Part shown: positions 9,144-18,737 of the stretch, piece after piece
Numbering within the stretch: the stretch's first letter is position 1
Layout: each line of letters begins with the position of its first letter
NCBI GenBank assembly: GCA_965220855.1
Contig: CBDCQY010000001.1
Span: 2,522,120-2,586,119 of the forward strand
Reading direction: 5' to 3'
DNA length: 64,000 nt
From: Alphaproteobacteria bacterium
GTDB taxonomy: Bacteria > Pseudomonadota > Alphaproteobacteria > Bin95
Translations under genes and position numbers: made by a program
The notes under the pieces: model-generated
What the model saw: the letters and a program-made list of their open reading frames with translations, nothing else
Told to the model about the DNA's origin: nothing
The model's database searches: none

Positions 9144-10439
9144 ATGATCGAGCGTTATACCCGACCGGAGATGGCGGCCGTCTGGTCGCCGGAGGCCCGG
9201 TTTCGCATCTGGTTCGAGATCGAGGCCCATGCGCTGGACGCCATGGCGGCGCTCGGGATCGCGCCCGCTTCGGCGGCGAAGGCGGTGTGGGAGCGGGGCG
9301 CCTTCGAGGTCGGGCGGATCGACGAGATCGAGGCCGAGACCAAGCATGACGTGATCGCCTTCCTCACCAATCTGGCCGAGCATGTCGGGCCGGAGGCGCG
9401 CTTCGTCCATCAGGGCATGACCTCCTCCGACGTGCTGGACACCTGCCTGGCGGTGCAGCTTGCCCGCGCGGCGGACATCCTGCTGGCGGACCTCGACCGG
9501 CTGCTGGCGGCGCTCCGGGCGCGGGCGGAAGAGCATCGCCGGACCCCTTGCGTCGGGCGCAGCCACGGCATCCACGCCGAGCCGACCACCTTCGGCCTGA
9601 AGCTCGCCGGCCATTACGCCGAGTTCGCGCGCGGTCGCGCCCGGCTGGAGGCGGCGCGGGCGGAGATCGCCACCTGCGCCATTTCCGGCCCGGTCGGCAC
9701 CTTCGCCAGCATCGACCCGCGCGTCGAGGCGCATGTGGCGGCGAAGCTCGGCCTCGCGCCGGAGACGCATTCGACGCAGGTGATCCCGCGCGACCGCCAC
9801 GCCATGTTCTTCGCCGTGCTGGGCGTGATCGCGAGCGGCGTCGAGCGCCTGGCGGTGGAGATCCGCCATCTCCAGCGCACCGAAGTGCGGGAGGCCGAGG
9901 AGTTCTTCTCCAGCGGCCAGAAAGGCTCCTCGGCCATGCCGCACAAGCGCAACCCGGTGCTGACCGAGAATCTGACCGGCCTCGCGCGCCTGGTGCGCTC
10001 GGCGGTCGGGCCGGCGCTGGAGAATGTGGCGCTCTGGCATGAGCGCGACATCTCGCATTCCTCGGTCGAGCGCGCGATCGGCCCCGACGCGACCGTGACG
10101 CTCGACTTCGCGCTCAACCGGCTGGCCGGGGTGGTCGAGCGGCTGGCGGTCTATCCGGACGCCATGCGCCGCAATCTCGAAAGCCTGGGCGGCCTCGTCT
10201 TCTCCCAGCCGGTGCTGCTGGCGCTCACGCAAGCGGGCATGAGCCGCGAGGAGGCCTATCGGCGCGTGCAGGCGGCGGCGATGGCCGTCTGGCAGGGCGG
10301 CGGCGCCTTCCGCCCCCGGCTGGAGGCCGACCCCGAGATCGCCGCCGCCCTGCCGCCGGCGGAACTGGACGCGCTGTTCGACCTCGACCGCCAGCTGGTC
10401 CATGTCGATACCATCTTCCACCGCGTCTTCGGCCCCTGA
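9144..10439 (+). CDS. purB: Adenylosuccinate lyase
   Basis: [10 protein letters not shown] start; ETKHDVIAF; [14 protein letters not shown]; [11 protein letters not shown] signature. Confidence 0.97.
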   Translation: MIERYTRPEMAAVWSPEARFRIWFEIEAHALDAMAALGIAPASAAKAVWERGAFEVGRIDEIEAETKHDVIAFLTNLAEHVGPEARFVHQGMTSSDVLDTCLAVQLARAADILLADLDRLLAALRARAEEHRRTPCVGRSHGIHAEPTTFGLKLAGHYAEFARGRARLEAARAEIATCAISGPVGTFASIDPRVEAHVAAKLGLAPETHSTQVIPRDRHAMFFAVLGVIASGVERLAVEIRHLQRTEVREAEEFFSSGQKGSSAMPHKRNPVLTENLTGLARLVRSAVGPALENVALWHERDISHSSVERAIGPDATVTLDFALNRLAGVVERLAVYPDAMRRNLESLGGLVFSQPVLLALTQAGMSREEAYRRVQAAAMAVWQGGGAFRPRLEADPEIAAALPPAELDALFDLDRQLVHVDTIFHRVFGP

Positions 10440-10459
10440 CCCCGCTCGCGCCTCCCGAT

Positions 10460-11407
10460 ATGGCACCCGCGAACCCCAACCCTCCGGAGCCGGCGAGCGT
10501 CGAGCTGCATGTCGGGGATTGCCGCGAGCTGCTGGCGGGGATGGACGACGCCAGCGTGCATCTGGTGGTGACCGACCCGCCCTATTTCCTGGATGGCCTT
10601 GACGATGGCTGGCGCAACGGGCGGCCGGGCGCGCCGCGCGCCACGGGCGCGATCGGCGGTCTGCCGGTCGGCATGAAGTTCGACCCCGCCCAGGGCGCGC
10701 GGCTGCAGCGCTTCCTCTATCCCGTCGCCGTGGAGTTGTTGCGGGTGCTGAAACCCGGCGGCTTCCTGCTGATGTTCGCCGCGCCGCGCCTCTATCACCG
10801 GGCCGCCATCGCGGCGGAGGACGCCGGCTTCGAGATCAGGGACGCCTTCGTCTGGCGCTTTACGAGAAAGGCACAGTTCAAGGCGTTCACGATGGACCAT
10901 TTCATTCGCCGCCGCCGCGACATGACCGAGGCGGAGAAAGCCGACGCGATCCACGCCCTGGGCGGGCGCCGGACGCCGCAATTGCGCCCGCAATTCGAGG
11001 CGATCCTCTGCGCGCAGAAGCCGCGCGAGGGCACCTTCGTCGATAACTGGTTGGCGCACGGGACCGGCCTGATCGACGCCGGCGAGACCTTGACCGGCCG
11101 CGCGCCGGAAACCGTGATGACGGTCGAGAAGCCGGAGCGGGACGGCGGGGGCGGCCATCTCACGCCGAAGCCGGTGGCGCTTTGCGAGCACCTGGTCCGC
11201 CTCTTTTCCGCCGAAGGGCAGATCGTGCTCGACCCCTTCGTCGGCAGCGGCGCGACCTGCATCGCCGCCCGGCGCGCCGGCAGGCGCTCTATCGGCATCG
11301 ACGTCGATCCCGACTATATCGGGATCGCAAGAGAGAGGCTTGGGCTGGCGAAATCGGCCGGCCTCGGCCATGGCGTATCGGAACGATGGAAAGAAGCTTA
11401 CCCATGA
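10460..11407 (+). CDS. Site-specific DNA methyltransferase, N6-adenine/N4-cytosine, beta class
   Basis: TDPPY (motif IV) before HLTPKP and LDPFVGSG (motif I). Confidence 0.9.
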   Translation: MAPANPNPPEPASVELHVGDCRELLAGMDDASVHLVVTDPPYFLDGLDDGWRNGRPGAPRATGAIGGLPVGMKFDPAQGARLQRFLYPVAVELLRVLKPGGFLLMFAAPRLYHRAAIAAEDAGFEIRDAFVWRFTRKAQFKAFTMDHFIRRRRDMTEAEKADAIHALGGRRTPQLRPQFEAILCAQKPREGTFVDNWLAHGTGLIDAGETLTGRAPETVMTVEKPERDGGGGHLTPKPVALCEHLVRLFSAEGQIVLDPFVGSGATCIAARRAGRRSIGIDVDPDYIGIARERLGLAKSAGLGHGVSERWKEAYP

Positions 11408-12897
11408 CAGATCGTAGCGTCGATGTCGTCGTCGTCGGAGCCGGCAACGCCGCCATGTGCGCGGCGCTGGCGGCGCGCGAGCAGGGCGCGGCCGTGCTGG
11501 TGCTGGAGCGCGCCGGCGAGGAGGAGCGCGGCGGCAATTCGGCCTTCACGGCCGGCAATATCCGCACCGTGTTCAACGGCGTCGAGGATATCCAGGCGCT
11601 GGCCCCGGACCTGACCGAGGACGAGATCGCGATCACCGATTTCGGCGCCTACACCGAAGCCGACTATTATGACGATATGGGCCGGATCACCGACTATCGC
11701 ACCGACCCTGACATGTGCGAACTGCTGGTGACGCGCTCGCTCGACACCATGAAATGGATGCGCGCCAAGGGCGTGCGCTTCCTGCCGATCTACGGCAAGC
11801 AGGCCTTCAAGATCGACGGGCGCTTCAAGTTCTGGGGCGGGCTGGTGCTGTCGGCCTGGGGCGGCGGGCCGGGGCTGGTGGATGCGCTGCACGCCGCCGG
11901 CGAGCGCGAGGGCGTCGAGGTGCTCTATGGCGCGCGGGCGACGGCGCTGCTGCATGGCGATGACGGCGTGACCGGCGTGCGCGTGCGCCGCGACCGGCAG
12001 AGCTTCGATGTCCACGCCCGCTCCGTGGTGCTCGCCAGCGGCGGCTTCGAGGCCAATCCCGAGATGCGCACCCGCTATCTCGGCCCCGGCTGGGATGTCG
12101 CCAAGGTGCGCGGCAGCCGCTTCAACACCGGCGACGGCATCCGCATGGCGCTCGACGCCGGCGCGCGCGCCTACGGCAACTGGTCCGGCTGCCACGCCGT
12201 CGGCTGGGACTTCAACGCGCCCGAATTCGGCGACCTCGCGGTCGGCGACAATTTCCAGAAGCACAGCTATCCCTGGGGCGTGATGGTGAACGCCCAAGGC
12301 CGGCGCTTCGTCGATGAAGGCGCGGATTTCCGCAACTACACCTACGCCAAATACGGCCGCGTGATCCTGAACCAGCCGGGGCAGATGGCCTGGCAGATCT
12401 TCGACAACAAGATCATCCCGCATCTGCGCGACGAATATCGCATCCGCCAGGTCACCAAGGTGCGCGCCGAAACGCTGGAGGAGCTGGCGGCGAAGCTGGA
12501 GGGCGTGGACGCCGAAGCCTTCCTGCGGGAGATCGCGGCCTACAACGCCGCCGTGCAGACCGACATTCCCTACAATCCGAACATCCGCGACGGGCGGCGC
12601 ACGGAGGGCCTCGCGATCGACAAGACCAACTGGGCCAACACCATCGACGAGCCGCCCTTCGAGGGCTACCAGACCACCTGCGGCATCACCTTCACCTTCG
12701 GCGGCGTGCGCGTGAACGCCGACGCCCAGGTGATGGATACGGAGGATGTGGAAATTCCGGGCCTCTACGCCGCCGGCGAGCTGGTGGGCGGCCTGTTCTG
12801 GTTCAACTATCCGGGCGGCACGGGGCTGATGGCGGGCGCGGTGTTCGGCAAGATCGCCGGCTCGGCCGCCGGGCGCGCCGCCGTCGCCAACCGCTAG
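11404..12897 (+). CDS. tcuA: FAD-dependent tricarballylate dehydrogenase-like flavoprotein
   Basis: VVGAGNAAMCAAL, RGGNSAFT, ASGGFEAN, GITFTFGG and NYPGGTGLMAGAVFG motifs; ATG at 11404. Confidence 0.85.
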   Translation: MTDRSVDVVVVGAGNAAMCAALAAREQGAAVLVLERAGEEERGGNSAFTAGNIRTVFNGVEDIQALAPDLTEDEIAITDFGAYTEADYYDDMGRITDYRTDPDMCELLVTRSLDTMKWMRAKGVRFLPIYGKQAFKIDGRFKFWGGLVLSAWGGGPGLVDALHAAGEREGVEVLYGARATALLHGDDGVTGVRVRRDRQSFDVHARSVVLASGGFEANPEMRTRYLGPGWDVAKVRGSRFNTGDGIRMALDAGARAYGNWSGCHAVGWDFNAPEFGDLAVGDNFQKHSYPWGVMVNAQGRRFVDEGADFRNYTYAKYGRVILNQPGQMAWQIFDNKIIPHLRDEYRIRQVTKVRAETLEELAAKLEGVDAEAFLREIAAYNAAVQTDIPYNPNIRDGRRTEGLAIDKTNWANTIDEPPFEGYQTTCGITFTFGGVRVNADAQVMDTEDVEIPGLYAAGELVGGLFWFNYPGGTGLMAGAVFGKIAGSAAGRAAVANR

Positions 12898-12914
12898 CCG
12901 GGAGCTCTCGCATC

Positions 12915-13748
12915 ATGGAAACCGCACGCATCCGGGGCGCCGGCGGCGTCACGCTGCACAGCACCGCCGCCGGCAATCCCGACGGCCCGCCGCTGCTCTT
13001 CATCCACGGCTTCGCGCAATGCGGGCTCTGCTGGCGCGAGCAGTTCGAGAGCGCGCTCGCCCGCGACTACCGGCTCGTCGCGTTCGATCTGCGCGGCCAT
13101 GGCGGCTCCGACAAGCCGCTGGAGCCGCTGGCTTATATCGACAGCCGCGCCTGGGCCGGGGATGTTGCGGCGGTGATCGGCCATTGGGGCCTGGAGCGCC
13201 CGGTGCTGATCGGCTGGTCCTACGCCGGCACCGTCATCGCCGCCTATCTGGAGGCCTTCGGCGACGCGGGCGTTTCCGGCTGCAATTTCGTCGGCGCGAC
13301 CTACAAGCGCGGGCTGCGGGAGCATCTGGCCTTCTACGAGCCCTATTCGCGCGAGGCGATCCGGGGCATGGAATCGGACGACCCGGCGGAGAACATCCGC
13401 TGGACGCGCATCTTCCTGCAGCTGTGCACGGCCGAGCCGCAGCCGGCCGCTGCCTTCGAGGAGGCGCTGGCCTACAACATGCTCTGCCCGCCGCATGTGC
13501 GCCGCGCCATCCAGCGCCGCATCGTGGATTACGACCATGTGCTGGCGGCGCTGGGCAAGCCGGCGCTGTTCAGCCACGGGCTGGCGGAGTCGCTGGTGCG
13601 CCCGGCCATGGCGGAGCACGCCGCCGCTCTGGTGGCGAAGAGCCGCCTGTCGCTCTATGAGGGCATCGGCCATGCGCCCTTCCTGGAGGCGCCGGAGCGC
13701 TTCAACCGCGAGCTCGGGGCGTTCGCCGCCGAGTGCTTCGGAGGCTGA
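12915..13748 (+). CDS. Alpha/beta hydrolase (non-heme haloperoxidase-like)
   Basis: FIHGF; DLRGHG; GWSYAG nucleophile elbow; GHAPFLE. Confidence 0.85.
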   Translation: METARIRGAGGVTLHSTAAGNPDGPPLLFIHGFAQCGLCWREQFESALARDYRLVAFDLRGHGGSDKPLEPLAYIDSRAWAGDVAAVIGHWGLERPVLIGWSYAGTVIAAYLEAFGDAGVSGCNFVGATYKRGLREHLAFYEPYSREAIRGMESDDPAENIRWTRIFLQLCTAEPQPAAAFEEALAYNMLCPPHVRRAIQRRIVDYDHVLAALGKPALFSHGLAESLVRPAMAEHAAALVAKSRLSLYEGIGHAPFLEAPERFNRELGAFAAECFGG

Positions 13749-13752
13749 CGCC

Positions 13753-14325
13753 ATGGCGCGCGCGCCCTATCCCGACATCGAGGCGTTGCCGGAGGATCTC
13801 CGGGCCTTCGTCGGACGCTTCGATCCGCTGATGAATGTCTTCCATATGATGGCGCATGCCGGGCCGGCGCTGCCGCATTTCATGCGGCTCGGCAATGCGC
13901 TGCTGTTCAAGGGGCGCCTCGACCCGGTGCTGCGGGAGATCGCGATTCTGCGCGTCGGCCATCTGCTGGGCGCGTCCTACGAGGTCCATCAGCACCGCAT
14001 CGTCGCGCGCCAGGTGGGAATGGACGAGGCCCGCATCGCCGCCGTCGCCGACGGCGAGAATGCGGACCTGTTCTCCGAGGTGGAAAATCTGGCGATCCGC
14101 TTCACCGATGAAGTCGTCGCCGGGACGCGCGCGAGCGACGCCACCTGGACGGCGCTCGGCGCGCATCTCGACCATGGCGAGATGGCGGAGCTCACGCTCG
14201 CGGTCGGCTTCTACTGGATGGTCTCGGCCTTCCTGGAGAATTTCGAGGTGGAGATCGAGCCGGAAGGAACGGTCGAGGACCCGATGAAGCGCCCGAAACC
14301 GGCGGCGAAAGCGGGATCGGGCTAG
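13753..14325 (+). CDS. Carboxymuconolactone decarboxylase/AhpD-like protein
   Basis: LDPVLREIAILRVG..YEVHQH motif; ATG at 13753. Confidence 0.8.
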   Translation: MARAPYPDIEALPEDLRAFVGRFDPLMNVFHMMAHAGPALPHFMRLGNALLFKGRLDPVLREIAILRVGHLLGASYEVHQHRIVARQVGMDEARIAAVADGENADLFSEVENLAIRFTDEVVAGTRASDATWTALGAHLDHGEMAELTLAVGFYWMVSAFLENFEVEIEPEGTVEDPMKRPKPAAKAGSG

Positions 14326-14339
14326 CAGGGAGAGACGCA

Positions 14340-15167
14340 GTGGCGGACCGACGCAGCTATTACGCGCCCCGAGGCGGCCTGCCCGGCCAGTCGGAATTGC
14401 TGACCGGGCGCGCCGTGTTCACCGAGGCCTATGCGGTCATCCCGAAGGGCGTGATGACCGACATCGTGACCAGCCTGCTGCCGCACTGGCGGGCCAGCCG
14501 CGCCTGGGTGCTGGCGCGACCGCTCTCGGGCTTCGCCGAGACGTTCTCGCAATATATCGTCGAGGTGGCGCCCGGCGGCGGCAGCGACCGCCCGGAGCCG
14601 GACGCCGGGGCGGAGGCCGTGCTGTTCGCGGTCGCCGGCGCGTTCGAACTCACGCTCGCCGGGCGGCGCTGCACCATGGAGCCGGGCGGCTTCGCCTATA
14701 TCCCGCCGGGCGCGGCCTGGCGGCTCTCCAACGAGGGCGACGCCAACGCCGTCTTTCACTGGATCCGCAAGCGCTACGAGCCGGTGGAGGGGCTGGCGGC
14801 GCCCGAGCCGCTGGTGACCAGCGACAGCGAGGTCCGGCCCACGCCGATGCCGGAAACGGACGGGCGCTGGGCCACGACGCGCTTCCTCGATCCGGAGGAT
14901 CTGCGCCATGACATGCATGTGAACATCGTCTCCTTCGAGCCGGGCGCGGCCATCCCCTTCGCCGAGACGCATGTCATGGAGCATGGCCTCTATGTGCTGC
15001 AGGGCAAGGGCGTCTATCGGCTCAACCGGGACTGGGTGGAGGTCGAGGCGGGCGATTTCATGTGGCTGCGCGCCTTCTGCCCGCAAGCCTGCTACGCCGG
15101 CGGGCCGGAGCCGTTCCGCTATCTGCTCTACAAGGATGTGAACCGCCACGCCCGGCTGGCGCTGTAG
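14340..15167 (+). CDS. allE: (S)-ureidoglycine aminohydrolase (bicupin)
   Basis: RAVFTEAYAVIPKG; ETHVMEHGLYVL; FCPQACYAGG; YLLYKDVNRH. Confidence 0.9.
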   Translation: MADRRSYYAPRGGLPGQSELLTGRAVFTEAYAVIPKGVMTDIVTSLLPHWRASRAWVLARPLSGFAETFSQYIVEVAPGGGSDRPEPDAGAEAVLFAVAGAFELTLAGRRCTMEPGGFAYIPPGAAWRLSNEGDANAVFHWIRKRYEPVEGLAAPEPLVTSDSEVRPTPMPETDGRWATTRFLDPEDLRHDMHVNIVSFEPGAAIPFAETHVMEHGLYVLQGKGVYRLNRDWVEVEAGDFMWLRAFCPQACYAGGPEPFRYLLYKDVNRHARLAL

Positions 15168-15174
15168 CGAAGGC

Positions 15175-16407
15175 TCAGCGCCAGCGCGCGGCCTCGTACC
15201 AGGCGACGATCAGCCGGCGTTCCTCCGCCTCCATGCCCGAGATGTTGCCGGGCGGCATGGCGCGCGAACGCCCGGCGTGGAGATAGATCTGGCGGGCGCG
15301 GCCGAGCATCTGCGCCTCCGTCTCCAGCAGCACGCCATTGGGCGCGGCCGGAATGCCCGCCCAGACCGGCTCCTCGGCGTGGCAGGCGGCGCAGCGCCCG
15401 AACACCGTCTCCTGCACCGCCTCGAAATGCGGCGAAGCGGCGAGGCGGCGCTCCAGCGCCGTCTGCGAGGCCGCCTGGCCGCCGGTCGCGCCCGCCGGCA
15501 TCGTCGAGAGCCAGACGATGACCAGAAACAGCACGGCCGAGGCGATCCACGGCCAGACGGGATGTCCGCGCCGCTCATGCACGCTGTTGAAATAGACCCG
15601 GATCAGCACGCCGATCAGGAAGACCAGCGAGGCGATGATCCAGCTATATTCGGTCGCAAACGCAAGCGGATAATGGTTGGAGAGCATCAGGAAGACGACC
15701 GGCAGCGTCAGATAGTTGTTATGCGTGGAGCGCTGCTTGGCGATCTTGCCGTATTTGGGGTCCGGGCGGCGGCCGGCCTTGAGGTCGGCGGTCACGATGC
15801 GCTGGTTGGGGATGATGACCAGGAACACATTGGCGCTCATGACGGTGGCGGTGATCGCGCCCAGATGCAGGAAGGCCGCGCGCCCGCTGAAGATCTGCGC
15901 GAAACCCCAGGCGAGCGCCACCAGCACGACATAGAGAAACAGCATCAGCCGGGTGTTGTCGTCGCCGAAGCGGGTCTTGCAGATCAGGTCGTAGGCGAAC
16001 CAGCCGACGACGATCGACGCGACCGAGATCGCGATCGCCGCCGCGCCCGACAGCTCCATCACATCGGCATCGACGAGATAGAGTTCGGGGCTGGCGTAAT
16101 ACATGACGCAGAGCAGCGCGAAGCCGGAGACCCAGGTGGCGTAGCTCTCCCATTTGAACCAGGTCAGATGCTCCGGCAGTTCCGGCGGCGCCACCATATA
16201 TTTGCGGATGTGGTAGAAGCCGCCGCCATGCACCTGCCACTCGTCGCCCTGCACGCCTTCCGGCAGTTCGGAATGGCGGCGGAGGCCGAGATCGAGCGCG
16301 ATGAAGTAGAACGAGGTGCCGATCCACACGATGCCGGCCATGACATGCGCCCAGCGCACGGCGAAGGACAGCCACTCGCCGATCACGGGAAGCAGCGATT
16401 CCATCAT
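15175..16407 (-). CDS. puuD: Urate hydroxylase PuuD (membrane domain plus cytochrome c)
   Basis: WQVHGGGFYH; WFKWESY; RSTHNNYLTLP; C-terminal CAACH heme motif; located in a purine cluster. Confidence 0.9.
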   Translation of the reverse strand: MMESLLPVIGEWLSFAVRWAHVMAGIVWIGTSFYFIALDLGLRRHSELPEGVQGDEWQVHGGGFYHIRKYMVAPPELPEHLTWFKWESYATWVSGFALLCVMYYASPELYLVDADVMELSGAAAIAISVASIVVGWFAYDLICKTRFGDDNTRLMLFLYVVLVALAWGFAQIFSGRAAFLHLGAITATVMSANVFLVIIPNQRIVTADLKAGRRPDPKYGKIAKQRSTHNNYLTLPVVFLMLSNHYPLAFATEYSWIIASLVFLIGVLIRVYFNSVHERRGHPVWPWIASAVLFLVIVWLSTMPAGATGGQAASQTALERRLAASPHFEAVQETVFGRCAACHAEEPVWAGIPAAPNGVLLETEAQMLGRARQIYLHAGRSRAMPPGNISGMEAEERRLIVAWYEAARWR

Positions 16408-18737
16408 GCTCCGTCCTCCTTGCCGCCGCCGGCCGCCGCCTCGCTCCTGAGCCGCTCGACCGCGAGCAGCACGCGCTCCGGCGTCACGGGCGTGTCGAGC
16501 CGGGGGCAGATGCGATAGTCGGCGACGCTCGCGACCGCCATGGACAGCGCCTCCACCACCGATGCGCAGAGCAGCAGCGGCGGCTCGCCGACCGCCTTGG
16601 ACCGGCCGATGGTGGGCTTGGCGTTCTCGGACCAGTCGGCCAGATGCACATTGAACTCGGTCGGGCAATCGGAGGCGAGCGGAATCTTGTAGGTCGATGG
16701 CGCGTGGGTGCGCAGCCGGCCCTCATCGTCCCACCACAGCTCCTCGGTGGTGACCCAGCCCATGCCCTGGATGAAGCCGCCCTCGATCTGGCCGAGATCG
16801 ATGGCCGGATTCAGCGACCGCCCGACATCGTGCAGGATATCGACCCGCAGCACGCGATATTCCCCGGTCAATATGTCGATCTCGACCTCGGTCGCCCCGG
16901 CGCTGTAGGCGAAATAGTAGAACGGCCGGCCGCGGCCCGCCGCCCGGTCCCACTCGATCTCCGGCGTGCGGTAGAAGCCGGTCGCCGAAAGCTGGACGCG
17001 CGCCATGTAGGCCGCCTCGACCAGTTCGGCGAAGTCGATCTCCCGGTTGCCGATCCGCACCTTGCCGGCCTCGAAGACGACCTGCTCGGGCGCGACATTC
17101 CATTGCTCGGCCGCGAAGGCGACCAGGCGCCGCCGGATGGTCTCGGCCGCCTCGAACGCCGCCATGCCGTTCAGGTCCGAGCCGGTGGAGGCGGCGGTCG
17201 GCGAGGTGTTGGGCACCTTGCCGGTGCTGGTCTCGGTGATCCGCACCCGGTCGAGCTCGACCTGGAAGCAGTCCGCGACCACGGCCGCCACCTTGGTGAA
17301 CAGACCCTGCCCCATCTCGGTGCCGCCGTGATTGAGATGGATCGAGCCGTCGCGATAGACATGCACCAGCGCGCCGGCCTGGTTCATCCAGCTGGCGGTG
17401 AAGGAGACGCCGAACTTGACCGGGGTGAGCGCGATGCCCCGGCGGAGCGTCCCGCCCCGCGCATTGAAGGCGAGCGCCGCGCGCCGCCGGGCGGCGAAGT
17501 CGGCGCGCGCCTCCAGCTCGTCCGCCAGACGCGCCAGAATGCTGTCCTCGACCTTCTGGTGATAGGGGGTGATGTCCCGGCCGGGGCCGCCATAGAAATT
17601 CGCCTTGCGGATCTCCAGCGGCGAGCGGCGGAGCCGGAAGGCGATCTCCTCGACGATCCGCTCGGCCGCCAGCACGCCCTGCGGCGAGCCGAAGCCGCGA
17701 AAGGCGGTGTTGGAGACCGTGTTGGTGCGCATCGGGCGCGAGCGCATCCGGACCGCCGGCAGGAAATAGGCGTTGTCGGCGTGGAACAGCGCCCGGTCGG
17801 TCACCGCCGCCGAGAGGTCGGCCGAAAAGCCGCAGCGCGCCGCCAGCACCGCATCGACGCCGAGAATGCGCCCCTCATCGTCGAAGCCCACATCGTAGTC
17901 GATCAGGAAGTCGTGGCGCTTGCCGGTCGCGGTCATGTCGTCGTCGCGGTCGGGCCGGAGCTTGACCGCGCGTCCGAAGCGCCGCGCCGCCAGCGCCGCC
18001 ACCGCGGCGAAGAGGTTGGACTGCGTTTCCTTGCCGCCGAAGCCGCCGCCCATGCGCCGCACGGTCACCGTCACCGCGCTCGACGGCGCGCCCAGCACAT
18101 GCGCGACCATATGCTGGACCTCGCTCGGATGCTGGGTGGAGGAGACGACCCGCATCTCGTCGTCCTCGCCCGGAATGGCGAGCGCGATATGGCCTTCGAG
18201 ATAGAAGTGGTCCTGCCCGCCGCATCGCATCCGGCCCCGGATGCGGTGCGGAGCATCGCGGAGCGCCGCCTCGACATCGCCGCGCTCCAGCGTCAGCGCC
18301 TCGGCGACGGTATCCCCGGCGTCGGCAATGTCGATCGCCGCCGGGCGCGGCGCGCAGGCGATCCGGGCCAGCCTGGCGGCGGCGCGCGCCGCCGCGCGCG
18401 TCTCCGCGACGACGGCGAACAGCGGCTGGCCGTGAAACGACACGACGTCCTCGGCGAAGACCGGATCGTCGCCCGCCCCGACCGGGCTGATGTCGTTCGC
18501 GCCTGGAATGTCGGCGGCCGTCAGCACGCCGACGACGCCCTCGGCCGCGCGTACCGCCGAGAGGTCCATCGCCTCGATCGCGGCGTGGGCGACGGTCGAG
18601 AGGCCGAGGCAGGCGTGCAGCGCGCCGGCCGGCTCGGTCAGGTCATCGACATAGGCCGCGCTGCCGGTGACATGCTTGTGCGCGGAATCGTGCCGGTGCG
18701 AGCGGTGCATCTCCGTGCGGGCGGTCGGCCCGGTCAT
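16404..18737 (-). CDS. xdhB: Xanthine dehydrogenase molybdopterin-binding subunit
   Basis: HDSAHKHVTG; RRMGGGFGGKE; TAFRGFG; GGTEMGQG; SKAVGEPP. Confidence 0.95.
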   Translation of the reverse strand: MTGPTARTEMHRSHRHDSAHKHVTGSAAYVDDLTEPAGALHACLGLSTVAHAAIEAMDLSAVRAAEGVVGVLTAADIPGANDISPVGAGDDPVFAEDVVSFHGQPLFAVVAETRAAARAAARLARIACAPRPAAIDIADAGDTVAEALTLERGDVEAALRDAPHRIRGRMRCGGQDHFYLEGHIALAIPGEDDEMRVVSSTQHPSEVQHMVAHVLGAPSSAVTVTVRRMGGGFGGKETQSNLFAAVAALAARRFGRAVKLRPDRDDDMTATGKRHDFLIDYDVGFDDEGRILGVDAVLAARCGFSADLSAAVTDRALFHADNAYFLPAVRMRSRPMRTNTVSNTAFRGFGSPQGVLAAERIVEEIAFRLRRSPLEIRKANFYGGPGRDITPYHQKVEDSILARLADELEARADFAARRRAALAFNARGGTLRRGIALTPVKFGVSFTASWMNQAGALVHVYRDGSIHLNHGGTEMGQGLFTKVAAVVADCFQVELDRVRITETSTGKVPNTSPTAASTGSDLNGMAAFEAAETIRRRLVAFAAEQWNVAPEQVVFEAGKVRIGNREIDFAELVEAAYMARVQLSATGFYRTPEIEWDRAAGRGRPFYYFAYSAGATEVEIDILTGEYRVLRVDILHDVGRSLNPAIDLGQIEGGFIQGMGWVTTEELWWDDEGRLRTHAPSTYKIPLASDCPTEFNVHLADWSENAKPTIGRSKAVGEPPLLLCASVVEALSMAVASVADYRICPRLDTPVTPERVLLAVERLRSEAAAGGGKEDGA

